In this document: piece after piece, positions 30,561 to 44,035 of the stretch
Layout: each line of letters starts with the position of its first letter
Numbering within the stretch: the stretch's first letter is position 1
Assembly (NCBI RefSeq): GCF_036321535.1
Contig: NC_087436.1
Location: 15,624,001 to 15,688,000, forward strand
Direction: 5' to 3'
DNA from: Camelus dromedarius
Taxonomy: Eukaryota
Length of the DNA stretch: 64,000 nt
Made by a program: the position numbers and the translations under genes
Notes under the pieces: generated by a model
The model's input: only the letters and a program-made list of their open reading frames with translations
Told to the model about the DNA's origin: nothing
Databases searched by the model: none

Positions 30561-33500
30561 CAGAGTATGGTGGAACAGTCCTAAATATTAGGCTTCTCAG
30601 GAGCACGCAGAGGTCTGTGGCTCTCCTTTCTTTCACTCTTCCCTGAGTCCTTAAGAGTGAGGACCAGGACCCTGGCTGGAGGGCCACTTGAGGCTGGAAT
30701 GCATCCATTGGTCAGCAGGCTTTGTTGAGTGATCTTCAGCTGGTGATTAATCTAATTGAACCACTGTTTTTTTCAGCTACAGTTTTCCATTTGGTTCACA
30801 AAACCCTTGTGGGAGACGGTGTCAGGTCTAGGGCACATGTGACCAGAGCAGAGCGCCCTTTCTTTCCAGGCAGGCAGATGGGAAGAAATCTAGAGTTAAT
30901 AGTTGTTATTAAAATATTAATAGGCCTGGTTCCCTCCTCTGCTGCGTGCTGGGTATAATGTATGGTTGTTTTTTCTTTACCATTATTGAAAATTTAAACA
31001 GAAAAGTGTATAAAGTAAAATAGAAAGTTCTCTTCTCATTTTTCTACTTCTAGCAACTCATGGGTTGTTTTTGAGCATTATTCCAGGTCTCTCTTCCTGT
31101 CTTTCCCTCTCTTTCTGCCTATACATATGTAGTTGTGTGGGGTTCGTATATACATATCTGTGCATATGTATATTACAGAAAAAAGTGGAAGTATTCTATA
31201 TGCAACTTAACTTCTCCTACTCAAACTTTTCCTACTCCCATGCCAGTATATACCAATCTGATGACTTTTTTTTTAGAACAGCTGCATAGCAGTACACAGT
31301 ACAGAAGTAGTGTAACTTTTAAAATCATGCCCCACAAAAAAATCATGGCCATGTTGATGGACACTTAGGTTTTCTTTATTTTTTGCTATTATAAATTATA
31401 CTAATATATATATATATTCTTTACCACTCTTCTTGTGTACTTGTACAATTGCTGTGACGTGAATTGATCTGATGTGGAATTACTTAAGGAAAGACAGTGT
31501 GTTTTACCGTCTGTCACAGTCTCTGTTTCAGAGACAGCTTTGAGAAAGTGCTAGTCAGCATGCAGGTTGGGGCCCACGCAGGGCCTCGATCCTGCCTCTG
31601 GAAGTTGACTGACAGAGAGATCCCTCCTTTGTGGAAGAGGCCTGACCCTCAGTCTCCACTCAGCTGGAGAATATACACCAGTGCATGAGCCAGCCATGGC
31701 TCTTTGCAAAGAGGAAGTGTGATGCCCCTCCTCTTTGACCTTTAAGTCTGAGAAACAAAAGTCAGCCTAGGCCTCATTGAAGTTACCTGCAGGGAAAAGA
31801 AAGTCTAGTCTCTATTGCCAAATCATCCTCCAGAAAAAGACCCCAAAAAGACCCCTGATTGAGGGCACCTCTTTTCCCTCCTACTCATTCAGACTGGTGA
31901 TAATCTCCCCCCCTCCCCTATTTTAGCTGGTCTGATAAGACCAATAGGAGAAAACATTTTAACCAAACAATACTGTACTAATTGGCGGCAGTAACTGTAA
32001 TTGGGGAATAAGAAAAATAGGAAGATATTTCACTCTTATTCCCCATACAGAGGATGGAATAGTAATGCTTCTCCAAATTCTGAGACTTCACTAAAACAGA
32101 GAGGGCCTTAACTAATATTAAAGAGGACAGTGCTCAGAGACAGAGCTGGAGAGTAATGGAAGTTATCGAAATGAAAGAGCAGACCTGATTTCTCTTCTTT
32201 TGTTTCAGAAAATGTTTCCAAATTATTTTTTTGTAACAAGTTTGCAAAGATTTCAAGTTCTCTGGTAAACCCTCATAAGGAATTGATTTCAGATTTTGTG
32301 AGTTTAAGCGTGAGTTTCCAGTGACTAACTTGGAAAGAAATTTTATATCAATGATCAGGTTTTCAGATCTTTAAACTTTGACCTTTTTTGGAAGGAGAGA
32401 CCTGCAATAATAGTACATATTTAATATATAGTAGTATAGATTTAGTACTACTTTTTAATTTTCTCATGCTTATTCTATATAGAACCTTATATTTATAATC
32501 TTCTAGTTAAAAGTCTCATTTCTTATTGATGACTTGATAGCTTTCTAATACTTTTTTCAGAGAAACATTTGAACATAAGTTTTTAGGTATGAAACTAGAA
32601 GAGCCAAGTATTTTTTCTCTTTTGTTTAAAATATTTAAATATTTTAACTTTTATGGATATGATGAACATATGCTGAGGACAAAGGCTAGGTACAGACTGA
32701 ATATATACATGAGTATGTGTGTGTTTTGGACACCTTTGTTGTGGATTTGTACTTGTCAGCACAATACTTACAGAGCCTTAAGTGCTTTGTAGTTGGGCTT
32801 TCATGTAAGTATACATCTGTTTAAAACTCAGCGCAATCTTGTAATACGCACTTAAATGTCTTTGAGGCTCACTTTATGTCTTTGAGGAGAAGATGATAAG
32901 AAAGTAACAGATGGCCAATAAGGATATTAAGTTGACAGGGAAGCAACTTAATTTAGTTACTTTAGTTCCTGAATTAAAAAAAATTAAATCAGTATAAATT
33001 CACTTTAAGAAAATTTGGGAGTATATTTCCACTGAATTGTTTTGTTTGCATTTTGTTTTGTTTTGTTTCTTGTTTTTATGGGGGCCTGCTGGGCAAGAAG
33101 GGAGTGAGAGAGGCAGGAGGAAGAAGATGGATCTGAACCCATGTTTATGGTTCCAAAGTCAGTGCTCTTTCCACTTCTCCAAGAGCCTGTTTTCTGTTGA
33201 CTTTTATTATTGGAAGAAATTCTTGATGCTCAAAGAAGTTTTGCTAATCTTAGCTCTAAATATGCTTCTGACTGGATTATGCATGTTTGAACATGTAAAA
33301 ATATTTTCCTGTTAAATTGAGTTTAATCTTATATTTAATGTTCTCTATTGTATGAGGAGAACTTTAAGCAAGGATCACAAATCAAATGACACTAATGCTT
33401 TCTAGTTAAAGAAGTCTCTATTCAATGCTAACGAAAAATATATTGGACTTCTAGTCTGCTGGACTTAATTCTCAGCACTAAATTCCTGAACATTATGGGT

Positions 33501-33984
33501 AAAACACTTTGTCTAGTTTAGAAAAAGCTAGACTTTCCCCCAACTTTTTTTAGGGCGGAAAAATAGAAGTTAAAAAGAAAATTATGTAAAACTGATTGTT
33601 AGAAAATATGGTTAACATGAAATAAAGAAGAATGTCAGTCTCTGATGTGTCTGGAGGCAGGGTGATTGTATTTTAGTATCTGCTTCCCACTGCTTGCTGC
33701 CAATGAGGCAACTGAGAATAAGTGTTCGTGGAAGTGTCAGTACTGTAGATAAGAAAATGAGAACAATCACGCTGCTTTCTTTCCCATAGGTACCAGGTAG
33801 CTTTAATGAGCTATAAGAAAAATTATAACATTTGTGCATAGCACCACATTGTTTTTTCAAAAGTAAATAACTTTTTAATATAGTATAGTCATATTATATG
33901 CAATATACCCAAGATTTGACTCTACTGTTTTATTTAATCCGTATGAAATAGATGCATCTGTTTATATACGTTAAGGTTATAGAC

Positions 33985-34580
33985 TTGTACTATTAAAATG
34001 ATACGGGGGGCTGGAGATAGCAGCAGGATTGATTCTAAATGGGCATAAGGGATCTTTTCAGGGCGAAGGGAATGTTCTAAAATGATTGTGATAATTATTG
34101 CACAACTCTGTAAATTTACTAAAAATCATTGAATTGTATACTTCAAGCAGGTAAATTTTGTGGCATGTAAATTGTGCCTCAATAAAGCTGTTAATTTTTT
34201 TTAATGACATGGTAAGTGTGTGTAGCTGACCCCAGAAGACAGAAAATCTAAAGGAACATTTATTCTTGATTAAATAGAGAAAATTGCTAAAGAGCTACCC
34301 TCCCTACCCTCTCCTTCAAGTTTACAAGAAAAATCTACCCCACCTCAAGAAACAAATCATCCCAATTTGATTTTAAACTGTTTCAGAATATAGAAAATGA
34401 AGGAAGGCTCCAAATTCCTTTTCATGAAGGGAAGAGAACATTGATACTGAAACAAGGAAAAGCTATTTCTCCTAAAAGAAAACCAGAGATCAATTTTGCT
34501 GTGAATATTGAAACAAAAATCCTTGGAAGAAAAATTATAAAATAGAATTCAGTTTCACATTTGAAAAGTAACGTACAAAA
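33985..34580 (+). mobile_element. Old L1M fragments (3' end and ORF2 piece)
   Basis: gtaaatttactaaaaatcattgaattgtatactt...cctcaataaagctgtt. Confidence 0.65.
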
Positions 34581-36349
34581 AAAGCAATACAGTGGAGTGC
34601 TGACTAGTTTCGGCCCTGGAGCTGGACTGGTTTGGAATCCCAGAACGAGGACCTAGCACCATGACTCAGATTTCTTTTTTTTTTTTTTTTTTTTATTCAT
34701 CAGTAAAGGGAACTTCCTTCATAGGGTTCTTGTGAATAAAATACTTAGGTTATTACCTGTCACTCAATAAATGTTGAATATGATAATTGCATAGTTTATA
34801 AAAAATTATGAATGTGTCAAAATTTATTTTGTCATTCCAGTATTGTTTGACCACTTGGATTTGATGTTATAAAGAACAGTTGCAATAAATGTCTTCGTAT
34901 GGAAATTTCCCTCACTTCTCTGCTCCTGAAGATAGATTTTAAGGAGTAGAATTTTGGAGAAAAAGCCATAAACTTTATAAAGGCCTATATTGCTCTCCAG
35001 AAAAATCATACCCATTCCTATCGATGGTACATGAGTTTTTGCACTACTTGCATCAGTATTAAACATCATCATTGCAAAGGAAATCTTAGGTAATGTGATA
35101 AGCCAAAAATAGAGCATAATGATTTTATAGCCTTCATATATTGAGAGCCTACAAGCACAACCTTAATTCAAACATTATCCCAGAACACCTGAAACTCTGA
35201 GAGAGAGAAATGTTGTCCGTGCTCCTCTAGATGGATACCTGGAGTTTTCATTTTCATTTTCATACTAAACTTTACCCAATGTTAAAGTATTTGCCTTTTG
35301 TATCTTTGCTTTAGCTTCTTAATCTGATGGAGAAATTTTCCTAAAAACAATAGTTAAAAAATAATCTACCAAAACAATTGCCACCAGGGAAGAACTTTGT
35401 ATCTTCAGCTTTATTTTATTTATTTATTTTGCCTCTAAGACAGTTAAAGTCATGTGTCTTTCCAGTATTCCTTCTCCAGGTAACTTTATACCATTTCTTG
35501 GTCTCTATAGGAAGTGAGAATGGGTCAGGTTTCAGAGAAAAGCTCATAGCCTGCATTGGGCCATTGCAAATCCATCCAATTAAATTTGAATTTAGATGAC
35601 TTTTCAGCTAGAACAAACCAGGAACTTTAAAATGATGTTTTACAAGGAACAGGTATGTCTGTCCTAGGATTATCTAGCAGAGCTCTGGGTATAATCACTA
35701 CTAAATGCTGGGAAGCTGAAAAGAACCCATCTCTGTCCTGAATTTGTTCTGCTGCAGACTTGACACTGCTAAGGGAGGAGTCCCTTTTCCTATAAGAGAG
35801 CTTCATGTGAAATCTTGCCAAATGGTGATGCCTCCTGAGTCTTTTCCCTAAAAAACAAATTAACAGGGAACTCCATCTTGTTACACTATTTATTCAAGAC
35901 TTGAATGAATTAATATTAATACATTAGTGACTTTAAAGAGTTTAACTCAGAAAAGTCAGATGTGATAAAATTCCTTAGCATTTTAATTATTCTTGTACAT
36001 ATTTGAATTCTATACAATAGAGATGCTCCTTCTTACCTGTCATGTTCTCTATGGCTATGTTTTAGAGACAGCCACACCCATTGCCATGTGGTTAACATTT
36101 CAGTCCAATATTGAAAACATGTTTTCTGTACAGGTTAATTATTTCAAATTGGATGGCACGACTAAGAGACAACCAGGTTCTGATGTGCATTAAAACCTCG
36201 TGCTCTTCCAGAATGTATGTTTCACTTGACACATGTATCTTACGGTCTCTCACTGTAACATGGTATAGTTCAGCCTTTTACAAATAAACCTTGGATTTAT
36301 GTTTAAATCTCAATTTTAATGTTCTTACTTTTGTCATTTCCTTTCAAAT

Positions 36350-36590
36350 TTTTAATTGAATTAAAGCTGACATACAATACTGTATTAGTTTCAAGTATAC
36401 AATATAGTGCTTTATGTACATTATGAATTAATCCCAAGTCTAGTAACCATCTGTCACCATACAAAGTTATTACAATATTACTGACTCTACTCCCTGAGCT
36501 GTATATTACATCCCCATGACTTAATTATTTTGTAACTGGAAGTTTGTACCTCTTAACCCCCTTGGCCGATTTCATCCTCCCCCACCCCCT
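36350..36590 (-). mobile_element. L1 (L1MA/MB-like) 3' end
   Basis: atctgtcaccatacaaagttattacaatatt...tgtaactggaagtttgtacc. Confidence 0.75.
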
Positions 36591-38384
36591 TTTTTTTCTT
36601 AAGATAATTCTGAGAAAAAGTAATTTCTGTGATCCTCAGGTGTAGAAAGAAACAATTACAGTTAAGTCTTATCATCTTCCTTTCTTGACTTTATTGCAAA
36701 TTCTGCTTTCCTGAGGTTAACTTGGATGTTGAGCTTTCCCTCTATGCCCTAGTAAGGTTTTGAACAATTTCTCTAAAATCCAAAGGTGTAGTTCCCCAAA
36801 CTCATGTACACTCTGTCATTGAAGTCAAGAAAATCCTCAAGCATGTGAAAAGATTCTGTTGCTTCACAGTAAGATGTCCATGTCTTGTTTACTCTAGACC
36901 GTTGAATGTCAAATCAGCTTTTGTGACCTAGTTTCTAAATTCAGGGGCCAATAACTAACCCACAAAAATCACTGAGCAGTCAGCCCCTGCTGATGCCTCG
37001 AAGTGTATGTAACACTTTAGAAGCTGAATTCTATAATGAGCCTTGACATTGCGCTGCTCACTTCTGAAGAGGACATATTTGGAGATATACTCCCTGTTCA
37101 GTTATTGTTCTTGCAAAGATTTGAAAATCTTTGTTTTTGGTTTTGTCTCTGTTTTAGCAGCGATTCTCAAACCACATTACTCAGCCTTCCCTAAGCTTAT
37201 ATCAAACAATGGCAGTTTTCCTCAGTACTCAGGAAAGGAGTGTTAAATTAAGAGTTTTTGAATATTCAGTTTTTCTCCAACAGTTATGATGCATTGACTT
37301 AGGAAATACCCTTGGGTACACATGGTATTGATCTAATACCTCGTGCTTTTTAGTCTTTAAAAATAATAACAATATTAATTACCATTTATTAATCTCTTTT
37401 CCATTTCTGACTTAATTTCTGGCAGTGGGCAACATAATATGAATGCCTGTCCTCACCAGAGACGGAAATCACTTCACTTACCCCCATGTTCGTTTTGAGG
37501 GTCTACAACATCAGCTTACACAGTTTGACTCCCACATCTTAATGGTATTTATGAAAAGAGAAAGCAAGAGACATTTCTTTTCCCCTTTTATAGTGTAAAG
37601 GCTTACATTTTTATTTGCTATTTATTGTACTTTTTATTTGATCATAACCGAGTACCCTCTTAACTTACATATTAAGTGATTTTTCTTATAAATACTTGGG
37701 CATAGGTTTCTAAGGAAGTATACAAATTCTTGGCTTCAGCTTTATTTGCCCTTTGCTGATTAGCATCGTGAAGGCTGAGGAAAGATAACTAGTGAGAGGT
37801 CTTTCCTCTTTACAGTGCTGTTACTGGGAAAATGGGAGAAAAGTTTAGAGATACTTTGTTCTCTCTAAGTCTTTTTATAGTTTGTATAATAGTCAGAATT
37901 ATTCCCATGGAATTATCAGTGTGTCTGTCGCCTGCAGTTATTATTGAGAAATTTCTTCTGCTTCTTTTTCCCCCTTGATTCCTCCAGCTGAATCAGTTGT
38001 ACTACTTGCTATCAGTGCCAAATCCATGTCTGAAAGACTTTCTTATGACTTTTTATTGAAAGATCATTTATCTTTTTTATTTCCCATGTATCATATTTAG
38101 AGATTAAGAATCTTATAGTCCTACTTAAATACAATCCCCTTTATTATTGAAGCTTTATACCAAAGGCTTTATGTCTTAGATTGTTGTCATTAATTCGCCA
38201 GTCAACTGTCACCCAAGGATATGAAGAACCATTTAAAGTCATATAAACCCTGTCTTTCTAAATACACCTCTCCCTTCTATCCCATTGCAACTTTTTTCTT
38301 TTTACAAGCAAAATTCTGACTTGTTAATAAAAATGTGATATTTTTACCTTCACTATTTAAAAAGATAGATCAGGCGTGTGCTGT

Positions 38385-38560
38385 TGTGAAAAGCCATCTT
38401 GAACATTAGACTGGGGTTAGACCAAGCTGAGTTCCAGTCCTATTTCTGTCCTTTGCTGGTCTTGTGACCCTGAGCAAGTTACTTACCCTCTGGGAACTTC
38501 AGTTTCCACATTTTAAAATGAGAAAGATTGCAGGGCTATGAGGGTTAGGGTTGATGCACG
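38385..38560 (+). mobile_element. MIR SINE
   Basis: tgtgaccctgagcaagttacttaccctctgggaacttcagtttcc. Confidence 0.7.
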
Positions 38561-38689
38561 TAGCACATGGAATGGAAGTCAGTATGTGCAACTCTGATTA
38601 TCATCAATTCTTTTCAGTTTGGCATAGATCTGGTGGCCAGGCCAATGTGTGAACTTCATAAATATTTTTCTTGAACCAGAAATCCACAA

Positions 38690-38830
38690 CTTAATAAGAA
38701 AAAAAAAAAAAACCCAACCCCAAAATGGGTAGAAGACCTAAACAAGCAATTCTCCAATGAAGACATACGAATGGCCAGTAGCACATGAAAAAATGCTCAG
38801 TATCACTAATTACCAGAGAAATGCAAATCT
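38690..38830 (+). mobile_element. L1 ORF2 fragment
   Basis: Highly similar to 1350-1490 of the first L1. Confidence 0.8.
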
Positions 38831-38954
38831 GAAATTTTAAAATTTGGATATTCAGAGTCCCAATTCATGTGATCTTATACTTCCATAAATATTAAAAATA
38901 AAAATCTCAACTATTCATTCATTTAATCAGTTATTCTTAGCAACTTTCTTTGGT

Positions 38955-39690
38955 AAAAGCTTTATTAGATATAACTCACATATCATACAATTCACCTCTT
39001 TGAAGCGTACAGTGCAGGGGTTAGTAGCATAATCACAATTGTGCAGCCATTACCATCACCAATTTTGGAGCATTTCTTCACCCCAAGAAAAAACCCTGAA
39101 CCCTTTTGCCCTCACCCCTCATCCTTCCCAGCCCTAGGAAATCACGAATTTACTTTCTGTCTTTCTTTCTATAGATTGCCTGTTCTGACCATTCCACACA
39201 AAATGGAATCGTTGTCTGTGTGGTCTCTTTGTGACTGGCTTCTTTACTTAACATAATGTTTCCAAGGTTCATCCATGTGTAGCCTATATCAGTACTTCAT
39301 TCCTTTTTATTGCTGAATAATATCACATGGTGTGACTAGATCACATTTTACTTATCTATTCACCAGTTGATGGATTTTGGGGTTGTTTCTGCATTTTGGC
39401 TATTATGAATAATGCTGTGATGAACATTTGTGAACAAGTTTTTGTGTGGACATATGTTTTCATTTCTCTTGGAAAGAATAAAAAGTGGGAGTGGAATTTC
39501 TAGGTCATATGATAAATTTATATTTAACCTTTTGAGGAACTGCTGGGCTGTTTCTAGAGAGGCTGCACCATTTTGCGTTCACACCAGCAGTGTATGAGGC
39601 TTCCATTTTCTTCACATCTTTTCCACACTTATTATCTCTCCTTTCAATTACAGACATCCTAGTAGGTGTCAACTGGTATTTTGTTGTGGA
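38955..39690 (-). mobile_element. Old L1 (L1MB-like) 3' end
   Basis: Similar to 6165-6890. Confidence 0.85.
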
Positions 39691-39732
39691 TTCTTAGCCA
39701 CTTCTTAAAGTTAAATATATGAAAATCATATT

Positions 39733-39961
39733 TTTTAACATTTTTTATTGAGTTATAGTCGTTTTACAATGTTGTGTCAAATTCCAGTGTAGAGCACAAC
39801 TTTTCAATTATACATGAACATACATATATTTATTGCCACATTTTTTTTTCGCTGTGAGCTACCACAAGATCTTGTATATATTTCCCTGTGCTATACAGTA
39901 TAATCTTGTTTATCTATTCTGCATATGCCTGTCGGTATCTACAGATTTTAAAATCCCAGTC
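39733..39961 (-). mobile_element. Short young L1 3' end with TSD
   Basis: TSD TGAAAATCATATT at 39720-39732 and 39962-39974; same 3'UTR as the 15.7 kb and 17.1 kb copies. Confidence 0.9.
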
Positions 39962-41599
39962 TGAAAATCATATTACTCATGCTTTGGTAATATCTGGTCA
40001 ATGCTGAGAGTGATTAAGAAGTCTCATATCACAGAACTTTCTCCTTATTGAATACCTAATGGACAGAACTTGCCTAGACTTTTGTTTTATTCCCATGATC
40101 TCCGTTTCGTCTTCTGATTTGCAGGTTTCTGTTTCCAGCAGTTCTCTTGGGCTCATCAGCTCTCCTCCAGCAACCCCTCTTAATACATGTTACAGCTGAA
40201 TGAGCAGATCTATAACAACCTTATCTTTTTGCCTGACCTTTGTCCATCCTTCTCCTTGAGAGATTTTCTCCTAACAGACTTTTACAGCATGTTCCTAAAA
40301 TAAATATCCTTCTGGGCTTTTATATGCTAAATTCTCATGATAGATTATTTCCTGTTGATAACTTTTCATCTGTCATTTTTTTGAGCACCTTGTCTGCTCT
40401 AGTCTCTCTATTCTCTTTTCTTGAAATGCTAATTTTAGGAATGATATGCACCTCCTGAATCCTTTCTCCATTGCTCTTAGTTTTTATCTTTATCTCTTTG
40501 TGGTTTTGACTTGTGCTTTAAAAAATTCTGTCAGCTTATTTTTTAGATTACAAATTCAGTTTTCAGGTGTGCCTGTTCTGTTTTTTAGCCTATCTGTTTA
40601 ATTTTTATATTCACAATCATATTTAATTTCCAAGAACTGTTTATTGTTCTCTGGTTGCTCCTTTTTCATGGCAGAATCTTCTTTTTTAATAGATGTAATA
40701 TGCTTTTTCATATATGAGGATACCAGTTAGAATATCCTAAATATTCTCTTCTACTCCCTAATTTGTTTCTCTTTGATCCAGAATGATTGTACATCTTGTT
40801 CTTCCTATTTTATATTATTGATTTTCTGTAGATTTTTTTGTCATTGGTCGTAGGTACCTGTTTATGAATAAAAGACTGAATTGACTGGTATAGGTAGTAG
40901 GTTTGTTTCTCCAAAAATACTTTCTTCTGGAAGATATAACTGCCTGTGTCAATGGGTGTATCAGTGGGTGTACCAATAGAGGGGCTTTCCTGTCGAGGAG
41001 GAGGAAGGCAAGCTCAGACGCTCCAAATTGCCAAAATGAGGATGTGTTTTACATGTAGGCATTAGATGTATCTGCAGATAGAGTAATTTACTGTATTTTA
41101 CATCAAGGGCCTGTCTTTCTTCTCCATCTCAGTTTCTGGGACTGAAGTTACCTTAAATCCTAAGTTACCTTAAACTCTACTCTTTGCCCCTCTCAAGCCC
41201 CAAGTCCCCCACTGAGAGTCTGCCCAGGCAGATTACTGACTTCATATGGACTGGCTACTGGGTGTAATTGGTGTCGGGTGGATTAGGCACTGCTGAATAG
41301 CTGGATCTGGTAATCTGAACACAGTGCTTAAATTCACTGTCTTCTCAGTTGCTCACGGCCCACTTTTTATTCTTTGACGGATCTCCCTGGGGAGAATTCC
41401 TGTTTAACCTTGGTTTCTCAGTAATCTGATCTATTTATGACTCCCATTCTTGGCTTTTTGTTTGTTTGTTTTATTGTTGTTATGGTTCCATTCAAATTTT
41501 TAAGTTCTATTTTATTGTCACTTCGCATTTAGAGGGAGGGAAGGTGGATGTAACTACCTATCCAGCTATCTTGAATGAGTCAGGTAAACATTTCTATGT

Positions 41600-42300
41600 G
41601 ATTTTTCACTGAGAAGCCTCAAACTTAATATATCCTAAACATAAAATCTTCCTGCCCATCCTCTCATCTTGCTGCTTTATCTTGCTTTGTTCCTAACCTC
41701 ACTTAATGGCAGCGTATACCACGTAGTACTTCACTACTTTTGCTTTCTCCCTCAACACATAGTGTCCATTCCTAATCCTGTTTCCACTCAACCCTCCACT
41801 TTCATTTCTTCTTACTCTTTCCTTATGTCAGGCTTTTAAACCTGGTTTGTACTGTTGTTAGTGGTCCTTCTGCTTCCATTCTCCACCCTTCTACCAGGCG
41901 CATCCTACCAGGTTACCGTTCCTCCATTGCCTACAGAAAAGTACAAATGCTAAGGCATAACATACATGAGTTGCCTCAAGTGATCCTGAATTAATTTTGT
42001 AATATCATCTCCCAATAAATTTTCCTCACACTTTGAGCTCTACCTACAACTGGATTACTCAACACTTTCCCTCAGTTCTTAGCACCTTCACGCTTCTGTA
42101 CGTATGATTCTCCTAAACTTAGATGCCCTTCATCCCTTTTACTGCTCAGATTTTGCCTCCCTAAAGTGATGCTCAGATCAAATGCTATCTACTCTGGGAA
42201 GCCTTTGGCAATTTCTTAGTCACAACTAGACCTTCCCTTATAATTCTATATTTCAGTAGCTCTTGGGCATTCATTTATTTAATATTCACCATTTGATTAT
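41600..42300 (+). mobile_element. L2 remnant
   Basis: Pyrimidine-rich L2 body (ctcaaacttaatat...tctgggaagccttt). Confidence 0.55.
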
Positions 42301-43804
42301 TCACTGGCAACCCTGTAGGCCAAGTAAGTTGCATGTCAGCTGATGCAGGATTTTTTTTTAAATTTCTGCTGTAAGGCAAGTATGCCTGTGCAAATGACTA
42401 ATAAAACTGTACTGAAAGGTGAAAAACGCACTTAACTCATGCTACAAAGATATACACAGGAAATACATGGATTTTGATCAGATTGTTATTTGAGAGAGGT
42501 CTGGGGATTTGTGCGAGTATTTTTGTTGAAGACTTCACAGACTCTCACAATTCTCATGGATATGTCAATCAAAATGTTAAGGTTCTTCCACACTTTTTGT
42601 ACTTGCATCATGATTTAGAAATTGTTGGTTCTTGCATCTCAACATAGACTGTGAATTTGTTGAAAGCAGATTTTGTTGTATTCCATCTCTATCCCTTAAT
42701 CTCTTATCCTCCAAGACATTCAGCATCATCTTTGATTCTTTTTTCTCTGGCCCCAGAGTCTCGTAGATCAGAGGGATCTCTGCCTGAGCAAACTGAGCCA
42801 TAATGTGGCTAAGATCCGTCTCACTCACCTGCATCTGCTGGTGTTTCATCCACAGTTCTGGAAAGAAAGCACACAACACCTTACTTTCATTTCTGACAGA
42901 GTAGACGAGGTCCTGTATTTCATCCCTGTATTGCTGGAAGTGTCCCCTGACCAAATGATCACTGTGTTTCTCAGACCTAATTTTTAATTGCCTGTGGTGC
43001 ATGAGTTAACCCATGAATGATGCCAACAAATGTATTTCTCCATGTGTTGATGAGTCTGGGTATAGAGTAGTGTGGTGACAACAGGCAAACCCAAGATATC
43101 TGAAAGTCAGGTTTGCATAAATGACACATAAGCTGCCCCAAAGCCAATTTCTGGCATGCAGCTAATATATCTTACAGTTCCTCCTCCTCACCCAATGTTT
43201 GTGTGTTTTAGTAATAATTGAGAGTGGGCTTTGCATTGCAATGAAAAGATGGCTAATTATATTTGGAAAGAAAATGAACAACATCCAGATTGCTATTCTA
43301 CAAAAATCCTATAAAAATATAATCATTCTCTCAGGTCACTATATTCTTTTTTAAAGATTTTACTCTCAGGGTATAGGAATTAACAACAAACAATATTCCA
43401 AACAGAAGTCAAGCTTGTCTCACAATCTGTTCATTTTTAAATGAATTGTCCCTACCATCATGTACCTACATTCGTACTCTATTGAGCCCATAAACTTAAT
43501 GTCAGTAGCATAAGATTATTGATAGCACTGGGTAGTGAATTGGGACTATTTATCCAGTGCAGACATCTTGTCGTAAGGTGCCCAAGTCAAAGTCTTCTAT
43601 ATTCTTTGGAATTTATGAGAGGGTGCTTATATGTTTTGTGGAGCTGAAGAAAACCTCAGAAACAGTGAGAGGGAATCTGAGGCCCCAGATTCAGTCTCTC
43701 AACAACATACCATCTGACACTGAAATGTAAGTATGGCTTGTGGTGAACAGCATTTCTATGCATTTACCCTGTAGTTCATCAAACAAGTGGGACCTCTATC
43801 CTTC

Positions 43805-44035
43805 TGTAGTGGAAGGAGCAGGGACTTTGGGGTTCTTCAGATCCAGGTTTAAAATTCATACTCCCTTTTTATTAACTAGCGTCTCTGAGACTCTGTTTTC
43901 TCATCAGTAAAATAAAAAGGACTTGCATCATGGGATTTCTGTAAAGATTAAATGAGAATGTATTAAGAATGCCTCTAACACAGTAAACACTGGATGAATA
44001 ATAGCTGTCATTGGTGGTGGTGGTGGTGGTGGTGT
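43805..44035 (+). mobile_element. MIR SINE followed by (GGT)n
   Basis: ctctgagactctgttttctcatcagtaaaat...gtaaagattaaatgaga. Confidence 0.7.

Noticed and set aside
30600..31800. Repeat-poor stretches with scattered TF-like motifs (GGAATG, GCGTG, TGACGT); similar at 60700-61130
   Set aside because: Short motifs occur by chance; an enhancer cannot be supported without conservation or chromatin data
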